A DNA stretch of 64,000 nucleotides, taken from positions 186,001 through 250,000 of IMG/VR virus record IMGVR_UViG_3300046665_000548; one strand, 5' to 3'. Below, piece after piece: positions 63,844 through 64,000 of the stretch. Each line of letters opens with the position of its first letter. Position 1 is the first letter of the stretch. The position numbers and the translations under genes are program-made. Below the pieces are notes generated by a model. That model was given only the letters and a program-made list of their open reading frames with translations, ran no database searches and was not told the DNA's origin.

Positions 63844-64000
63844 CAGCCGCCCTTAAACTGCTGAACCCCAACGGACGAGCCCGAGGCGGCCTCGTTCGCG
63901 CTCGCCGCTAAATGCGTCGTAACGTGAACCTCGTCCGTATCGCGGCGAGAGAACTCGATCTTGCCAGACTCAAAGAGCTTCTGAATATCATGATCAGCAA

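Noticed and set aside
1-64000. Alternative genetic code or suppressor tRNAs
   Set aside because: Recognisable genes are full length in code 11, and no tRNA has a stop-reading anticodon. The two split genes are frameshifts, not in-frame stops.
1-64000. Prophage/ICE, IS element or diversity-generating retroelement
   Set aside because: No integrase, transposase, reverse transcriptase or template/variable repeat pair was found. Late promoters and gene content fit a large lytic phage.

Overview
This window is part of a large (jumbo, T4-like) lytic phage genome, most likely infecting an alphaproteobacterium of the Rhizobiales/Hyphomicrobiales type. Host evidence: an HWE histidine kinase, an alpha-type NYN protein and XRE regulator, a tRNA-His lacking G-1 with A73, a CtrA box, and a CTTGAC-N17-CTATAT promoter. 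It is an accessory region of many small hypothetical genes. It also carries a glycosyltransferase/methyltransferase/radical-SAM module, thyX, a frameshifted pyrE, ArdC, AlkB, two NUDIX hydrolases, two ART-like proteins, an AAA+ ATPase, an ALDH7, a repeat-rich tail fibre, 13 tRNA genes and a compact one-piece tmRNA. The most striking signal is a pair of ribosome-mediated attenuators (late promoter, leader peptide, antiterminator, intrinsic terminator) directly upstream of tRNA genes. In each, the leader codons match the tRNAs being controlled: LYPMPCYP (CTT TAC CCA ATG CCG TGC TAT CCC) precedes the Tyr/Pro/Leu/Pro/Met/Cys/Pro/Cys array, and a His-rich leader (HQHSHH) precedes two tRNA-His genes. 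This suggests the phage senses loss of specific charged host tRNAs and switches on matching replacements. The same region encodes a Ro60/TROVE protein with four covarying Y-RNA-like RNAs (one a circularly permuted tRNA mimic), two anticodon-domain-less aminoacyl-tRNA synthetase cores (GluRS- and HisRS-like), and several structurally odd tRNAs. All calls were made by eye from the sequence and the ORF track; no database searches or folding programs were run.
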